Counted from the first letter of the stretch, positions 42,662 to 52,233 are shown. The stretch is DNA of 64,000 nt from Dehalococcoidia bacterium (GCA_034406555.1 DASCRM010000017.1:1053-65052); one strand, 5' to 3'. Made by a program: numbers and translations. Notes: a model not told the origin generated them from the letters alone.

Positions 42662-45231
42662 TGACGAAGATCACGCTCGACGGTCGTGAGATCGAGGTCG
42701 ATGAGGGCCGCCCGCTGGTCGAGGTGATCAAGGAGCAGGGCGTAGCGATCACGAACCTCTGCTACATCGATGGGCTGGAGCCCTACGCCGGCTGCCGCAC
42801 CTGCCTCGTCAGCATCGAGGGCGCACCCGGACCTCCAGGCATCCAGCTCTCGTGCACCGCCCGCACCGTCGACGGCATGTCGGTGGAAACCGACACCGCG
42901 GTGATCAAGCAGGCCAAGCAGCAGGTGTTGTCGATCATCGACGCCAACCACCCGGACCGCTGCCTCACCTGTCACCGCCGCGTGCACTGCATGCCCGGCG
43001 ACATCTGCCTGCGCGACGACGTCGTCTCGCATCGCTGCCTGACGTGCGCGAAGAACTACCGCTGCGAGCTGCAGACCGCGAACGAGATGCTCGACATGGG
43101 CGAGTTCGAGGAGCCGTGGGTCGGCGAGAAGCGCTCCTACTACGAGGCCACGCCCCCGGACCCGGATCGCGCTAACCCGTTCCTGGAGTTCGACCCTCAG
43201 ATGTGCATCATCTGCACTCGCTGCGTGCGCGCCTGCGCCGACATCCGCCATACAGACGCGATCACGCTCGCCGGCAAGGGCTTCCAGGCTCGCATCGCCT
43301 TCGGCACCGGCGGCGCGGTGCATGAGTCGGACTGCGACTTCTGCGGCGCCTGCATCGATATCTGCCCCACGGCGACGCTGATGGAGAAGTCGAACAAGTG
43401 GGTCGGCCGCGCCGACGACTGGGCCTCCGCCGCCTGCAACTCCTGCTCGGTCGGCTGCACGTTGGCTTACGGCACGGCGGGCGGACGGCCCGTGATCGTG
43501 CGCCCCGACCGCATGAACCCGATCAGCCGCGACCAGATCTGCGTGCGCGGCCGCTTCGGCTACACGTCGATCGGCGAGCCGGAGCGCGTGACGCGCTCGC
43601 TCGCCCGCCGAGGCGAGAACCTGCTGCCCGTCACCACCGACGAGGCGATCGAGGAGGCCGCGACGGCGCTCGCCGGAGTCCGCCGCGAGCACGGCTCAGA
43701 CGCGATCGCGGTGCTCGGTTCGCCGCTCGCCACCAACGAGGAGTCGTACCTGCTGGCGAAGCTCGCGCGGGAGACGCTGGGCACGCAGCACATCGATTTC
43801 TCGCACGGCCCCCTGCACCGCGCCGTCACCGATGCGTTGAGCGCCGGGCTGGGCAGTGAGCAGCTCCCCGCGAACCTCACCGACATCGAACGCGCGCTGA
43901 CGATCGTCGTGGTCGCCGGCGACATCGAGGAGTCGCACCAGGTCGTCTCGCTGCGGGTGAAGGACGCCGTCAAGAAGAATGGCGCGCGCCTGATCTTCGT
44001 CAGCCCGCGCTGGAGCGAGCTCGTGCCCTTCTCAGCCGCGTGGCTCCAGCCCGCGCCCGGCCACGAGGCCGTGACCGTGCAGGCGCTGGCCCGCGCGCTC
44101 GCCGATGACGCAGCCCTCGCCGCCGCGACGCCGCAGGGCGTAGCCGACAACACGCTCGCCGACGCGACCGAGGCGGTGACGGCCGGACGCGACACCGAGG
44201 GCCACTTCGCCATCGTCTTCGCGCCGGACGCCAGCAGCAGTGCAGCCGCTGCCGACCAGGCGCGCGCATGTGCCAACCTAGCAATCGCCGCGCGTGGCGA
44301 CGAGGCGGCTTCGAGCCTCCACTACCTGCCGACCGACGCGAACGTCCACGGCGCGACCGACATGGGCATCGCCCCCGGCGACAGCGGTCGTTCCTTCGCG
44401 CAGATCATCGAGGCCGCGAAGAGCCGTGAAGTGCGCGCGCTGGTGCTCCACGACGACAACCCGCTGCTGAACGCGCCCGGTCGGGAGGACATCGCTGCCG
44501 CACTTGCGGCGCTCGATGTGCTGGTGGTGATCGACAACGTGCGCTCGACGGCGACGGAGCACGCAACCGTCGTACTCGCCGAGCTGCCGTTCTTCGCACG
44601 CACCGGCACAATCACCAACGCCGACCGTCGCATCATCCGCAGCAACGCCGCCGCCGGCCCCCGCGCCGACGAGCGCACCGGGATCGAACTGATCTCCGCG
44701 CTGGGGAACGCGCTCGAGGGCGACTTCCACCATGAGAGCCCCGCCGATGTGATGGCCGCGGCCGCGACACGCGTCGCTGGCTACGTGGAGTACAACGCAC
44801 TCACGTCCGCCCGCACGCGGATCGTCGAGGACGCGACAGCCACCTGCACGTACCAGTCGATCGCCTCCGCGCCCGCAGCTGGCGATGGGCTCGCCGTGCT
44901 CACGGGCCGCTCGCTCTTCACCTCGTGGGAGGGCGCGTCGATGCGCTCCGAGCAGGCGGATCAGCTGCACCGCGAGGAGAGTGCGGTGATCAACCCGCGC
45001 GACGCGGAAGCCGCCGGCATCCGCAACGGCGACGACCTCGTCCTCAGTGACGGCACGCACGAACTACGCATCACCACCCGCTTCGACGATGGGATCGCGA
45101 CCGGCGCCATCTACATCCCCCACTACTTCGATGGCGGCGCCGTGATGGCGCTCTTCCCGTTCGATAGCGGCACGGCCACCGGCGCCACGGCCGCCCCGCG
45201 CGTCCGGGTGAGGGCGCTCCAGCCCGCCTAG
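42661..45231 (+). CDS. nuoG: NADH-quinone oxidoreductase subunit G-like protein (2Fe-2S, 4Fe-4S, molybdopterin-oxidoreductase-like domain)
   Basis: ITLDGREIEV..G..L......G..I..LCY...L...AGCRTCLV. An HxxxC..C.....C cluster region follows, then ICTRCVRAC and CDFCGACIDICP. The GTG start overlaps the nuoI stop. Confidence 0.8.
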   Translation: MTKITLDGREIEVDEGRPLVEVIKEQGVAITNLCYIDGLEPYAGCRTCLVSIEGAPGPPGIQLSCTARTVDGMSVETDTAVIKQAKQQVLSIIDANHPDRCLTCHRRVHCMPGDICLRDDVVSHRCLTCAKNYRCELQTANEMLDMGEFEEPWVGEKRSYYEATPPDPDRANPFLEFDPQMCIICTRCVRACADIRHTDAITLAGKGFQARIAFGTGGAVHESDCDFCGACIDICPTATLMEKSNKWVGRADDWASAACNSCSVGCTLAYGTAGGRPVIVRPDRMNPISRDQICVRGRFGYTSIGEPERVTRSLARRGENLLPVTTDEAIEEAATALAGVRREHGSDAIAVLGSPLATNEESYLLAKLARETLGTQHIDFSHGPLHRAVTDALSAGLGSEQLPANLTDIERALTIVVVAGDIEESHQVVSLRVKDAVKKNGARLIFVSPRWSELVPFSAAWLQPAPGHEAVTVQALARALADDAALAAATPQGVADNTLADATEAVTAGRDTEGHFAIVFAPDASSSAAAADQARACANLAIAARGDEAASSLHYLPTDANVHGATDMGIAPGDSGRSFAQIIEAAKSREVRALVLHDDNPLLNAPGREDIAAALAALDVLVVIDNVRSTATEHATVVLAELPFFARTGTITNADRRIIRSNAAAGPRADERTGIELISALGNALEGDFHHESPADVMAAAATRVAGYVEYNALTSARTRIVEDATATCTYQSIASAPAAGDGLAVLTGRSLFTSWEGASMRSEQADQLHREESAVINPRDAEAAGIRNGDDLVLSDGTHELRITTRFDDGIATGAIYIPHYFDGGAVMALFPFDSGTATGATAAPRVRVRALQPA

Positions 45232-45291
45232 CCACGTCCCGGCATACGTCCCGCCCGCCATCCCGCTCGCCGGGTTTGCTACGATCGCCGT

Positions 45292-45654
45292 ATGCAGCGT
45301 GTCTCGACCGACTCCCGTGAGCCGTCGTGGATGGTGCTCGCCGTCGCGCACGAGGCTGATGTCGCCGAGCGCTGGGCGGAGGCGATCGAGGCGCAGATCC
45401 GCATCGACGATGCGATCGCGCTCACCGCGGGTTCCTCGTTCTGGCCGGCCGGCCCCTCCGGCTTCGTCTACCCGATCTTTGTCCCGGCGGAGTCCCGGAC
45501 GGAAGCGGCCACGATCCTCGTCGACGAAGGCAGGGACGGTCGCTTCGCCGATCGCCGCGACCGTATCGACTCCGCTCTCGTGCTGCGTGGCGCGGGCCTC
45601 GCCAAGCTCGCCGGCGTCGCGCTGGCGGTGCTGCCGTTGATACGGGGCAGCTGA
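45292..45654 (+). CDS. hypothetical protein (120 aa), translationally coupled to next gene
   Basis: ORF track entry. The stop TGA overlaps the next ATG (tgATG). No confident family. Confidence 0.45.
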   Translation: MQRVSTDSREPSWMVLAVAHEADVAERWAEAIEAQIRIDDAIALTAGSSFWPAGPSGFVYPIFVPAESRTEAATILVDEGRDGRFADRRDRIDSALVLRGAGLAKLAGVALAVLPLIRGS

Positions 45655-46307
45655 TGGCGGGCTCCGACTTGCGGCTCTTCCCCCTCCAGACCGTGCTCTT
45701 CCCCGGAATGACGCTGCAGCTGAACGTCTTCGAGGATCGCTATCGCCAGCTCGTGGCCGAGTGCGCCGAGGCGTCTGAGCCCTTCGGCATCGTGCTGATC
45801 CGCGATGGCGAAGAGGTCGGGAGCGACGCGACACCGTACGAGGTGGGCACCACCGCGCGCATCGATTCGCTCCAGACCGACCGCGAGGGCCGCATCCAAC
45901 TACGAGCGAAGGGCGAGCGACGGTTCCTCATCGGCGAGCTGCACCACGACCGCCCGTATCTCTGGGCGGAGGTCTCCTACCCCGGAGACGAGGGCACGGA
46001 CGTGCCCGACTCGCTGCTCACACAGGCGCGCGAACGATACGCCTCGCTGCTGCGCCTGCGGACGATCGCCAGCGGCGAGTACGCTCGCGAGGTCGAGACC
46101 CCCGCCAACGCAGGTAAGTTGGCCGACACCGTCGGTGCCGCGATCGCCGCCGAGCCGGCGAGGCGGCAGGAGCTGCTGGAGACGTTGGACGTCACGCGCC
46201 GTCTGGAGATGGCGTTGGCGCTGATGGACGAGTCGCTACCGGTGATGGAGCGAGAGCTGCAGGCCGCGATGTCGCGACGCTACGGAGACACATCCCGACT
46301 GAACTGA
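45654..46307 (+). CDS. LON substrate-binding (Lon N-terminal) domain-only protein
   Basis: LRLFPLQTVLFPGMTLQLNVFEDRYRQLV...FGIVLI..G. Confidence 0.8.
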   Translation: MAGSDLRLFPLQTVLFPGMTLQLNVFEDRYRQLVAECAEASEPFGIVLIRDGEEVGSDATPYEVGTTARIDSLQTDREGRIQLRAKGERRFLIGELHHDRPYLWAEVSYPGDEGTDVPDSLLTQARERYASLLRLRTIASGEYAREVETPANAGKLADTVGAAIAAEPARRQELLETLDVTRRLEMALALMDESLPVMERELQAAMSRRYGDTSRLN

Positions 46308-46332
46308 GGTGCCGGGCAGCCCCGCGGCTAGC

Positions 46333-46668
46333 CTAGCTATCGAGGTCGTAGCCCGCTTCGCGCCACCCGTCGTGGCCACCTTCGACGTTGTAGAGCTCCG
46401 TCAGTCCGAGCGCAGCCGCAAACTCCGCCGCCACCGCCGAGCGCCGGCCTGACTTGCAGACGAAGAGGATCGGCTTGTCGCGTGCCAGCTTGTCGCCATC
46501 CGGCAACGTCTGCATGTGCGGGATCAGGACAGAGCCGGGGACGTGTCCCTCTGCGTGCTCATCGAGTTCGCGAGAGTCGATCACCTGCACGTCGCCGGAG
46601 TCGATCATCTCCTTCGCCTCGTGCACATCGATTCGCGTAAACGGCTCGTCGTCGTTTTTGACAGCCAA
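46333..46668 (-). CDS. rhodanese-domain sulfurtransferase
   Basis: VIDSRELDEHAEGHVPGS, with active-site loop FVCKSGRRS. I chose start TTG 46668 because the upstream extension to 46767 has low GC3 and overlaps the divergent gene. Confidence 0.75.
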   Translation of the reverse strand: MAVKNDDEPFTRIDVHEAKEMIDSGDVQVIDSRELDEHAEGHVPGSVLIPHMQTLPDGDKLARDKPILFVCKSGRRSAVAAEFAAALGLTELYNVEGGHDGWREAGYDLDS

Positions 46669-46720
46669 CTCGCTATCCTTCGCTGCATCCCGGCCGAGGC
46701 CGGGCAGAGGGGGTCGAGCG

Positions 46721-47359
46721 ATGAGTGTACCAAAGCGCCGTGCCCGATCCGGCGTCGCATTGGGCATCGATCTGCGCAGCGGACCACGCTACCCGACCGG
46801 CATCGCCGTACTCGATCCGTCGCTGCACATCCAATGGCTCGAAACGGTCCGCACGAACGCAGAGATCGAGGCAATCGTGGAGCGCTTCGATCCCGCGATC
46901 ATCGCCATCGACGCCTCGCTCGGGCTGCCGGAGGGGCGTTGCTGCGCCGACCAGTCCTGCCCCTGCGCCGAACACGGGATCATGCGAGAGGCCGACCGCG
47001 CCTGCGCCGCCGCAGGCTACCGCCCCTTCCCCACGCTGTTGCCATCGATGGTGCGGCTCACGCTGCGCGGCATCGCGCTCTCGCAGCGCATGCTCGCGGC
47101 CGGACAGCGAGTGATCGAGGTCTATCCCGGCATGGCGCAGGACGTGATGGGCATCCCCCGCAAGGGCGCGAGCGTCGCCGGACTGCGCCTCGGGCTCTAC
47201 CGGGCGGGGATCCGCGGCATCCCTCGCAAGCGCCGCGTCTCGCACGATGAGCTGGACGCCGTCACCTGCGCCCAGGTGGCCCTCATGCACCTCGATGGCG
47301 CGACGGAGGTGATGGGGTCCGGCGTGCCGCTGCCACTCGTGCTGCCACAGCGAGGGTGA
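46721..47359 (+). CDS. DUF429-family (RNase H-like fold) protein
   Basis: VALGIDLRSGPRYPTGIAVLD...IIAIDASLGLPEG...HDELDAVTCA. The start is ATG 46721 with RBS agaggggg. Confidence 0.65.
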   Translation: MSVPKRRARSGVALGIDLRSGPRYPTGIAVLDPSLHIQWLETVRTNAEIEAIVERFDPAIIAIDASLGLPEGRCCADQSCPCAEHGIMREADRACAAAGYRPFPTLLPSMVRLTLRGIALSQRMLAAGQRVIEVYPGMAQDVMGIPRKGASVAGLRLGLYRAGIRGIPRKRRVSHDELDAVTCAQVALMHLDGATEVMGSGVPLPLVLPQRG

Positions 47360-47463
47360 GTCTGCCTCGCCCGCTCATGGCGAGCCAGTCGAACCATGAC
47401 GACGTGCGGCGGTAGGTGTCTCCCCGACCCCGCTCAGCGCGCCTCGGCGCTACAATCGCGCTC

Positions 47464-48000
47464 GTGGCTACGCCGGAGCAGATCAGCGAACTGACCGAGA
47501 AGATGACGCAGGAGCGCGATGCCCTGCTGGCGCTGCTCGACGGCATCGACGAGGACCGCGCAGCCGCGCGACCGGCCGAGGGCGACGGCGAGGATGGCTG
47601 GTCGATCAAGGAGCAACTCTCGCACGTGGCCGCAATGGAGACCTCATACCGCGCATGGGCGGAGCGCGCGATCGCAGAGAGCAACCCCGACCTCACCGGC
47701 ACGCAAGGCGCTCCGGTCGCCTACACGCTCGAAGCAGCACACGAGGCGACCGTCGCACAGCACACCGCGGAGCTACGCCAGCAGCGCGACCGCACGCTGG
47801 AGGTGATCGCTGGCATCGCGCCGGACGACTATGAGCGGACGGCGACGCAGCCGATGTTCGGTGAGCTGACGGTGATGCAGTGGCTGCGCTCCTACTACCG
47901 CCATGACCGCATGCACCAGGCCCAGATACAGGGCCGCGTCTCCGACTACCAGCCGAGGTTCGTGGGCGGCAAAGAACCCGACCAGCGACGGCGTGGCTAG
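47464..48000 (+). CDS. DinB-family protein
   Basis: WSIKEQLSHVAAME, YYRHDRMHQAQI. TACAAT (47451..47456) lies 7 nt before GTG 47464, so the mRNA may be leaderless. The alternative start is 47416. Confidence 0.7.
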   Translation: MATPEQISELTEKMTQERDALLALLDGIDEDRAAARPAEGDGEDGWSIKEQLSHVAAMETSYRAWAERAIAESNPDLTGTQGAPVAYTLEAAHEATVAQHTAELRQQRDRTLEVIAGIAPDDYERTATQPMFGELTVMQWLRSYYRHDRMHQAQIQGRVSDYQPRFVGGKEPDQRRRG

Positions 48001-48003
48001 CGC

Positions 48004-48990
48004 GTGACCAGCGCCGATCGTCCGCGGGTCTTCATCTCCCGCTCGCTGCCCGGCGACGAGCCGCTGGCGCGCGTGCGCGAGGCCGCCGATGTCGACCTCT
48101 GGGAGCATGAGCGCCCGCCGACGGTCGAGGAACTGACCGCGCACAGCGAGGGTTGCGACGGGCTGCTGACGATGCTCACCGAGCGCATCGACGACGCCCT
48201 GCTCGATGCCTCGCCCGGCGTCCGCGTCGTCGCGACGATGGCCGTCGGCTACGACAACATCGACATCCCCGCGGCAACCGAACGTGGCGTGCTGGTCACG
48301 AACACGCCCGGCGTGCTGACGGAGACGACCGCCGACCTCACGTTCTCGCTGATCCTCGCTGCCGCCCGGCGGCTGAGCGAGGGTGAGCGTGCGGTGCGCG
48401 ACGGCGAGTGGGGGCCGTGGCACCCTACGTGGCTGCTTGGCCACGATGTGAACGGCGCGACGCTGGGCATCGTCGGCCCCGGCCGCATCGCCCGCGCCGT
48501 CGCGGTGCGCGCAGCTGCCTTTGGCATGCGCGTGATCTACCACGGGCGCAGGCAGGTCGCCGACTTCCCCGGCGAGCAGGTGAGCTTCGACGATCTGCTC
48601 GCGACCGCCGACTTCGTCTCGGTGCACGTCCCGCTGACGGACGAGACGGAGGGGATGTTCGATGCCGCAGTCTTCGCGGCGATGCAGCCGCACTCCATCT
48701 TCGTGAACACCGCTCGCGGTCCCGTCGTCGATCAGCCCGCCCTCACCAGTGCGTTGCGCGAGGGGCGTATCGCTGCCGCGGCGCTCGATGTCATGACGCC
48801 CGAGCCGCTGGCGCCCGACGACCCGCTGCTGAGCGCGCCAAACCTGCTCGTCGTGCCCCACGTCGGCAGCGCGACGGAGCAGACGCGCGAACGCATGGCC
48901 GCGCTCGCCGTCGATGGCCTGCTGGCAGGACTGCGAGGCGACCGCCCCGAGCATCTGGTGAACCCCGAAGCGTGGGAGCGACGGCCATGA
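48004..48990 (+). CDS. D-2-hydroxyacid dehydrogenase (glyoxylate/hydroxypyruvate reductase-like)
   Basis: VGYDNIDI, TNTPGVLTETTADL, LGIVGPGRIARAVA, NTARG..VD..AL, PH.GSAT. Confidence 0.9.
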   Translation: MTSADRPRVFISRSLPGDEPLARVREAADVDLWEHERPPTVEELTAHSEGCDGLLTMLTERIDDALLDASPGVRVVATMAVGYDNIDIPAATERGVLVTNTPGVLTETTADLTFSLILAAARRLSEGERAVRDGEWGPWHPTWLLGHDVNGATLGIVGPGRIARAVAVRAAAFGMRVIYHGRRQVADFPGEQVSFDDLLATADFVSVHVPLTDETEGMFDAAVFAAMQPHSIFVNTARGPVVDQPALTSALREGRIAAAALDVMTPEPLAPDDPLLSAPNLLVVPHVGSATEQTRERMAALAVDGLLAGLRGDRPEHLVNPEAWERRP

Positions 48991-49670
48991 GCAGCGATCG
49001 TGGCCAGCCGGCGGAACCGCAAGAACTGCTCTGGCTCTGCGAGCAGCTGTGGCGCGTCGGTGGCGTGCAATTCGGTGACTTCTCCCTGGGCCGCACTGTG
49101 CGCAACTCTCCCGTCTATCTCAACCCCAAGCTGCTGATCTCTCAGCCGGCCACGCTGGCACGGGTCGCCTCGCTGATCGCGGGCGAGCTCCAAATGGCAA
49201 TGGTGCGACGCAAGCAGCAGGTGGCCGAGTTCGATGTGATCGCTGGCGTCCCGATCGGCGGGCTGCACGTCGCCACGGCGCTCTCGCTGGATCTGCGCAT
49301 CCCGCTGCTCTACGCGCGTCCCGAGCCCCATCTGGACGACCACGAGCGCCCGCACATCGAAGGCATATACCGGCCGGGGCAGACCGCGCTGATCGTCGAT
49401 GACCTGGCTGCCGGCGGGGGCTCGCTGGTGGAGACCGCAGAGCAGCTGCGACGCGCGGGCCTCTTCGTCGCGGACGCGGTCGTGCTCGTCGACCGTGAGC
49501 AGGGCGCGCACCGGCGGCTCGCGGAGATGGCGATCAACCTCCACCCGATCATCACCCTCGATGTGCTGCTGACCGCGCTGCGGGAAGCCGGGCATATCAC
49601 GACCGCCGATTTCCAGCAGTCGCTCCGCTACCTCGACCGCGAAGGCGAGTCGCGCTCGGAGTTCGACTAG
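48987..49670 (+). CDS. orotate phosphoribosyltransferase-like type I PRTase
   Basis: VQFGDFSL....SPVYLN and the PRPP loop ALIVDDLAAGGGSLVET. ATG 48987 overlaps the upstream stop (ATGA). Confidence 0.75.
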   Translation: MSSDRGQPAEPQELLWLCEQLWRVGGVQFGDFSLGRTVRNSPVYLNPKLLISQPATLARVASLIAGELQMAMVRRKQQVAEFDVIAGVPIGGLHVATALSLDLRIPLLYARPEPHLDDHERPHIEGIYRPGQTALIVDDLAAGGGSLVETAEQLRRAGLFVADAVVLVDREQGAHRRLAEMAINLHPIITLDVLLTALREAGHITTADFQQSLRYLDREGESRSEFD

Positions 49671-49748
49671 CGTCCGGACGGGCGCCCGCCGATTGATTAT
49701 CACGAGCACGCTGCCCAACGTGGATCCCGGTACGGGAAGGAACCCTCC

Positions 49749-50501
49749 ATGCTCCGCTCACTCAGATTGCGCCCGCTCAGAACCGTCCCCCTCCTGCTCA
49801 CGTCCTTCCTCTTGCTCGCCGTTGTGGCTTGCGGAGGCGACAGCGACGTGGTGGCGGCCGGCGAGGTCACACTCGGTTCCGCTGACGAGCTGACATCGTT
49901 TCGCTATGACCTGACGATCAGCATCGAGACAGGCGAAGACGCCACATCCTCGCTCGCCGTCGATCTCACCATGGGGCTGACCGGCGCGGTGATCACGCCC
50001 GACCGCGAGCAGTCGATGGTGAAGGTCGACTTCGGTTTCTTCAAGATCGACCTGGAGACGATCCGGATCGGCAGTCAGGCGTGGTCGCGCTCGCTCGGCG
50101 ACGATTGGGCGGAAGAGTCACCGGGCGACGAAGAGCTGCCGCTCGACCTCAGCCCGCTCGACATCCTCGGCGGCAACGAGTTCTCGTCGCTGCAGGCGGT
50201 GATCTCCGGGATGACCGGGACCGTCGAGACCGTCAATGGCGTCAGTGCCGCGCGCTACGACATGGACGCCGAACAGTTCGCGGCTGCGTTCCCGGACGAC
50301 GCCGGAAGCGATGGCGACCTGCCGACGGACGACCTGGAGAACATGACGATCTCACTCTGGGTCACACGCGACGCCGGGATCCCCGTCCGTCTCGTGCTCG
50401 AAGGCACCTCAACCGGCGAAGATGCCGGCGGCACCGTGAAGCTTGAGCTGAACCTCACCGACCTCAACTCGAGCAGCATCAAGATCGAGGCGCCGATCTA
50501 G
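49749..50501 (+). CDS. hypothetical lipoprotein
   Basis: Signal plus lipobox LLLAVVACGGDSD. No family recognised. Confidence 0.55.
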   Translation: MLRSLRLRPLRTVPLLLTSFLLLAVVACGGDSDVVAAGEVTLGSADELTSFRYDLTISIETGEDATSSLAVDLTMGLTGAVITPDREQSMVKVDFGFFKIDLETIRIGSQAWSRSLGDDWAEESPGDEELPLDLSPLDILGGNEFSSLQAVISGMTGTVETVNGVSAARYDMDAEQFAAAFPDDAGSDGDLPTDDLENMTISLWVTRDAGIPVRLVLEGTSTGEDAGGTVKLELNLTDLNSSSIKIEAPI

Positions 50502-50520
50502 CCTCCGCGTCTCGCGGTAC

Positions 50521-50555
50521 ACAAAACGACCGCGGGAGTCCCGCGGTCGTTTTGT
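50521..50555. terminator. bidirectional rho-independent terminator
   Basis: acaaaacgaccgcggga-g-tcccgcggtcgttttgt has a 17-bp stem flanked by A/T runs on both sides. It sits between convergent genes. Confidence 0.75.
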
Positions 50556-50573
50556 GTCGGCAAACAGCCGGAA

Positions 50574-50789
50574 CTAGAGCAGACGGCGGATCGGCTTGCG
50601 GCCCGGACGCGGATCGTAATTCGACTTGAACATCTCCAGCTTGTCGCGCTCGATCAGGTACTTCCCTGCGAACATCGTGGCCGGCACGCGCTTTTGCTTG
50701 ATCAAGCGCCGGAGACTCTGGGGATGGATCCCCAACTCTCGGGCGGCTTCCACGAGGTCCAGATAGTCATCGAACGGGGACTGATTCAC
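50574..50789 (-). CDS. small helix-turn-helix (excisionase/MerR-like) DNA-binding protein, 71 aa
   Basis: (V)NQSPFDDYLDLVEAARELGIHPQSLRRLIKQKRVPATMFAGKYLIERDKL. The start is GTG 50789 with AGGA 8 nt upstream. The rest of the 196-aa ORF is junk. Confidence 0.65.
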   Translation of the reverse strand: MNQSPFDDYLDLVEAARELGIHPQSLRRLIKQKRVPATMFAGKYLIERDKLEMFKSNYDPRPGRKPIRRLL

Positions 50790-50959
50790 CGGTGCATCCT
50801 GTCGGCAGAAGTCGAACGCGCATTGCCATAATGGGGAGGCGCCGATGCGATACTGTTCAACTGCATATACATCGTAGATACGATAACGCGTCCGGTCAGC
50901 AGTTGTAAAGCGCGTAAGCAATTGACGAGGTGCGGGCACGGCCTGCGCCGAGAATAAGG

Positions 50960-52165
50960 CTAGAGGGCCGGAGTCGTCACCACCCGCAGCTCTGCCACGG
51001 CATCGCCGAGACAACGAGCGACGTAATCGATCTGCGCCTCCGTCAGCGACGGCCATGTCGTCATGCGGACCGAGCCGATCGCCAGCTCGATCGGGACGCC
51101 CATGGCGAGCAGTACGTGCGAGGGCTCCCAGGTCGCGGAGGTACACGCCGCACCAGCGGAACACTCGACGCCGGAGCGATCGAGCGCATCGATCACCGAT
51201 TCGCCCTCCACACCGCCGAAGCAGAGGTGCAGGTTTTGCGGCAGCCGTTCTGTCGGGTGCCCATTCGGCTGCGCGTCGGGACAGATATCGAGTACGCGCT
51301 CCAGCAGGCGCTCGCGTAGCCCAGCGGTGCGTTCCGCGAAGCCCTCGCGCTCGGCCTGCGCGAGAGTGAGGGCGGTGGCGAGCCCCACGGCGCCGGGGAC
51401 GTTCTCCGTCCCGGAGCGGCGCTGCCGCTCCTGCCCTCCCCCGGAGGTCTGCTCCAGGAACGGCACGTCGCGGCGTAGGTAGAGCACGCCCGTGCCCTTC
51501 GGCCCGCCGAACTTATGGCCGGAGAGCGAGAGCAGATCGACCCCAAGCTCATCGACGTTGAGCGAGAGCGAGGTCGCGGCCTGCACAGCGTCAGTGTGGA
51601 TCGGGATGCGGCGGCCCAGTGCCAGCGCGCGCTGGCGCACCAGGCGGCTGATCTCGGCCAGCGGCTGGATCGTGCCCACCTCGTTGTTCGCGTAGGCCAC
51701 GGACACCAGCGCGGTGTCCTCGCGCACCGCCGCAGCCACCTCCGCGGGGTCGACACGTCCGTACTCGTCGACGGGCAGGTACTCGACCTCAAAGCCGAAG
51801 CGTTCGAGGTACTGAGCGGAGTGCAGCACAGCGTGGTGCTCAACCTCGGTCGTGAGGGTGTGGCGGCCCGCTCCGGCCTCGTTCTGGGCGAAAGCGACGC
51901 CCTTGATCGCGGCGTTGATGCTCTCCGTGCCGCCGGAGGTGAGGATCACCTCCTCCGGAATCGCGCCGAGCACGCTCGCCACCTGCTCGTGGGCCTCGTC
52001 GAGCGCGTCGGCGGCCCGGCGAGCGGTCCCGTAGTGGCCTGAGGGATTACCGAAGTCACCGGCGAAATAAGGCAGCATGGCGTCGAGCGCCTCGGCTCGA
52101 ACGGGCGTGGTCGCCGCCCAATCGAGGTAGATTCGCTGCTCTGGAGACTGCTCGGCAGTTATCAT
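50960..52165 (-). CDS. cysteine desulfurase (NifS/IscS class V aminotransferase)
   Basis: IYLDWAATTP, TSGGTESIN, SLSGHKFGGPKG (PLP Lys), GTENVPG, SAGAACTS (active Cys). Confidence 0.9.
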   Translation of the reverse strand: MITAEQSPEQRIYLDWAATTPVRAEALDAMLPYFAGDFGNPSGHYGTARRAADALDEAHEQVASVLGAIPEEVILTSGGTESINAAIKGVAFAQNEAGAGRHTLTTEVEHHAVLHSAQYLERFGFEVEYLPVDEYGRVDPAEVAAAVREDTALVSVAYANNEVGTIQPLAEISRLVRQRALALGRRIPIHTDAVQAATSLSLNVDELGVDLLSLSGHKFGGPKGTGVLYLRRDVPFLEQTSGGGQERQRRSGTENVPGAVGLATALTLAQAEREGFAERTAGLRERLLERVLDICPDAQPNGHPTERLPQNLHLCFGGVEGESVIDALDRSGVECSAGAACTSATWEPSHVLLAMGVPIELAIGSVRMTTWPSLTEAQIDYVARCLGDAVAELRVVTTPAL

Positions 52166-52233
52166 ATGCGATTCTGAGGATACCCAGTAGGGGTATTACC
52201 GGTCAATCGGAAAGTGCCCCGAGAGAACTCACC

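Noticed and set aside
42661-45231. Formate dehydrogenase alpha subunit.
   Set aside because: The N-terminal Fe-S domains fit both FdhA and NuoG. The region equivalent to the Mo-ligand Cys/Sec motif reads FSHGPLH, with neither Cys nor an in-frame TGA, so NuoG-like is the safer call.
50574-50959. A prophage or integrative-element remnant around the excisionase-like HTH gene.
   Set aside because: I recognised no integrase, recombinase, phage structural genes, tRNA target or flanking direct repeats. Only the intergenic spacer, not the genes, is AT-richer.
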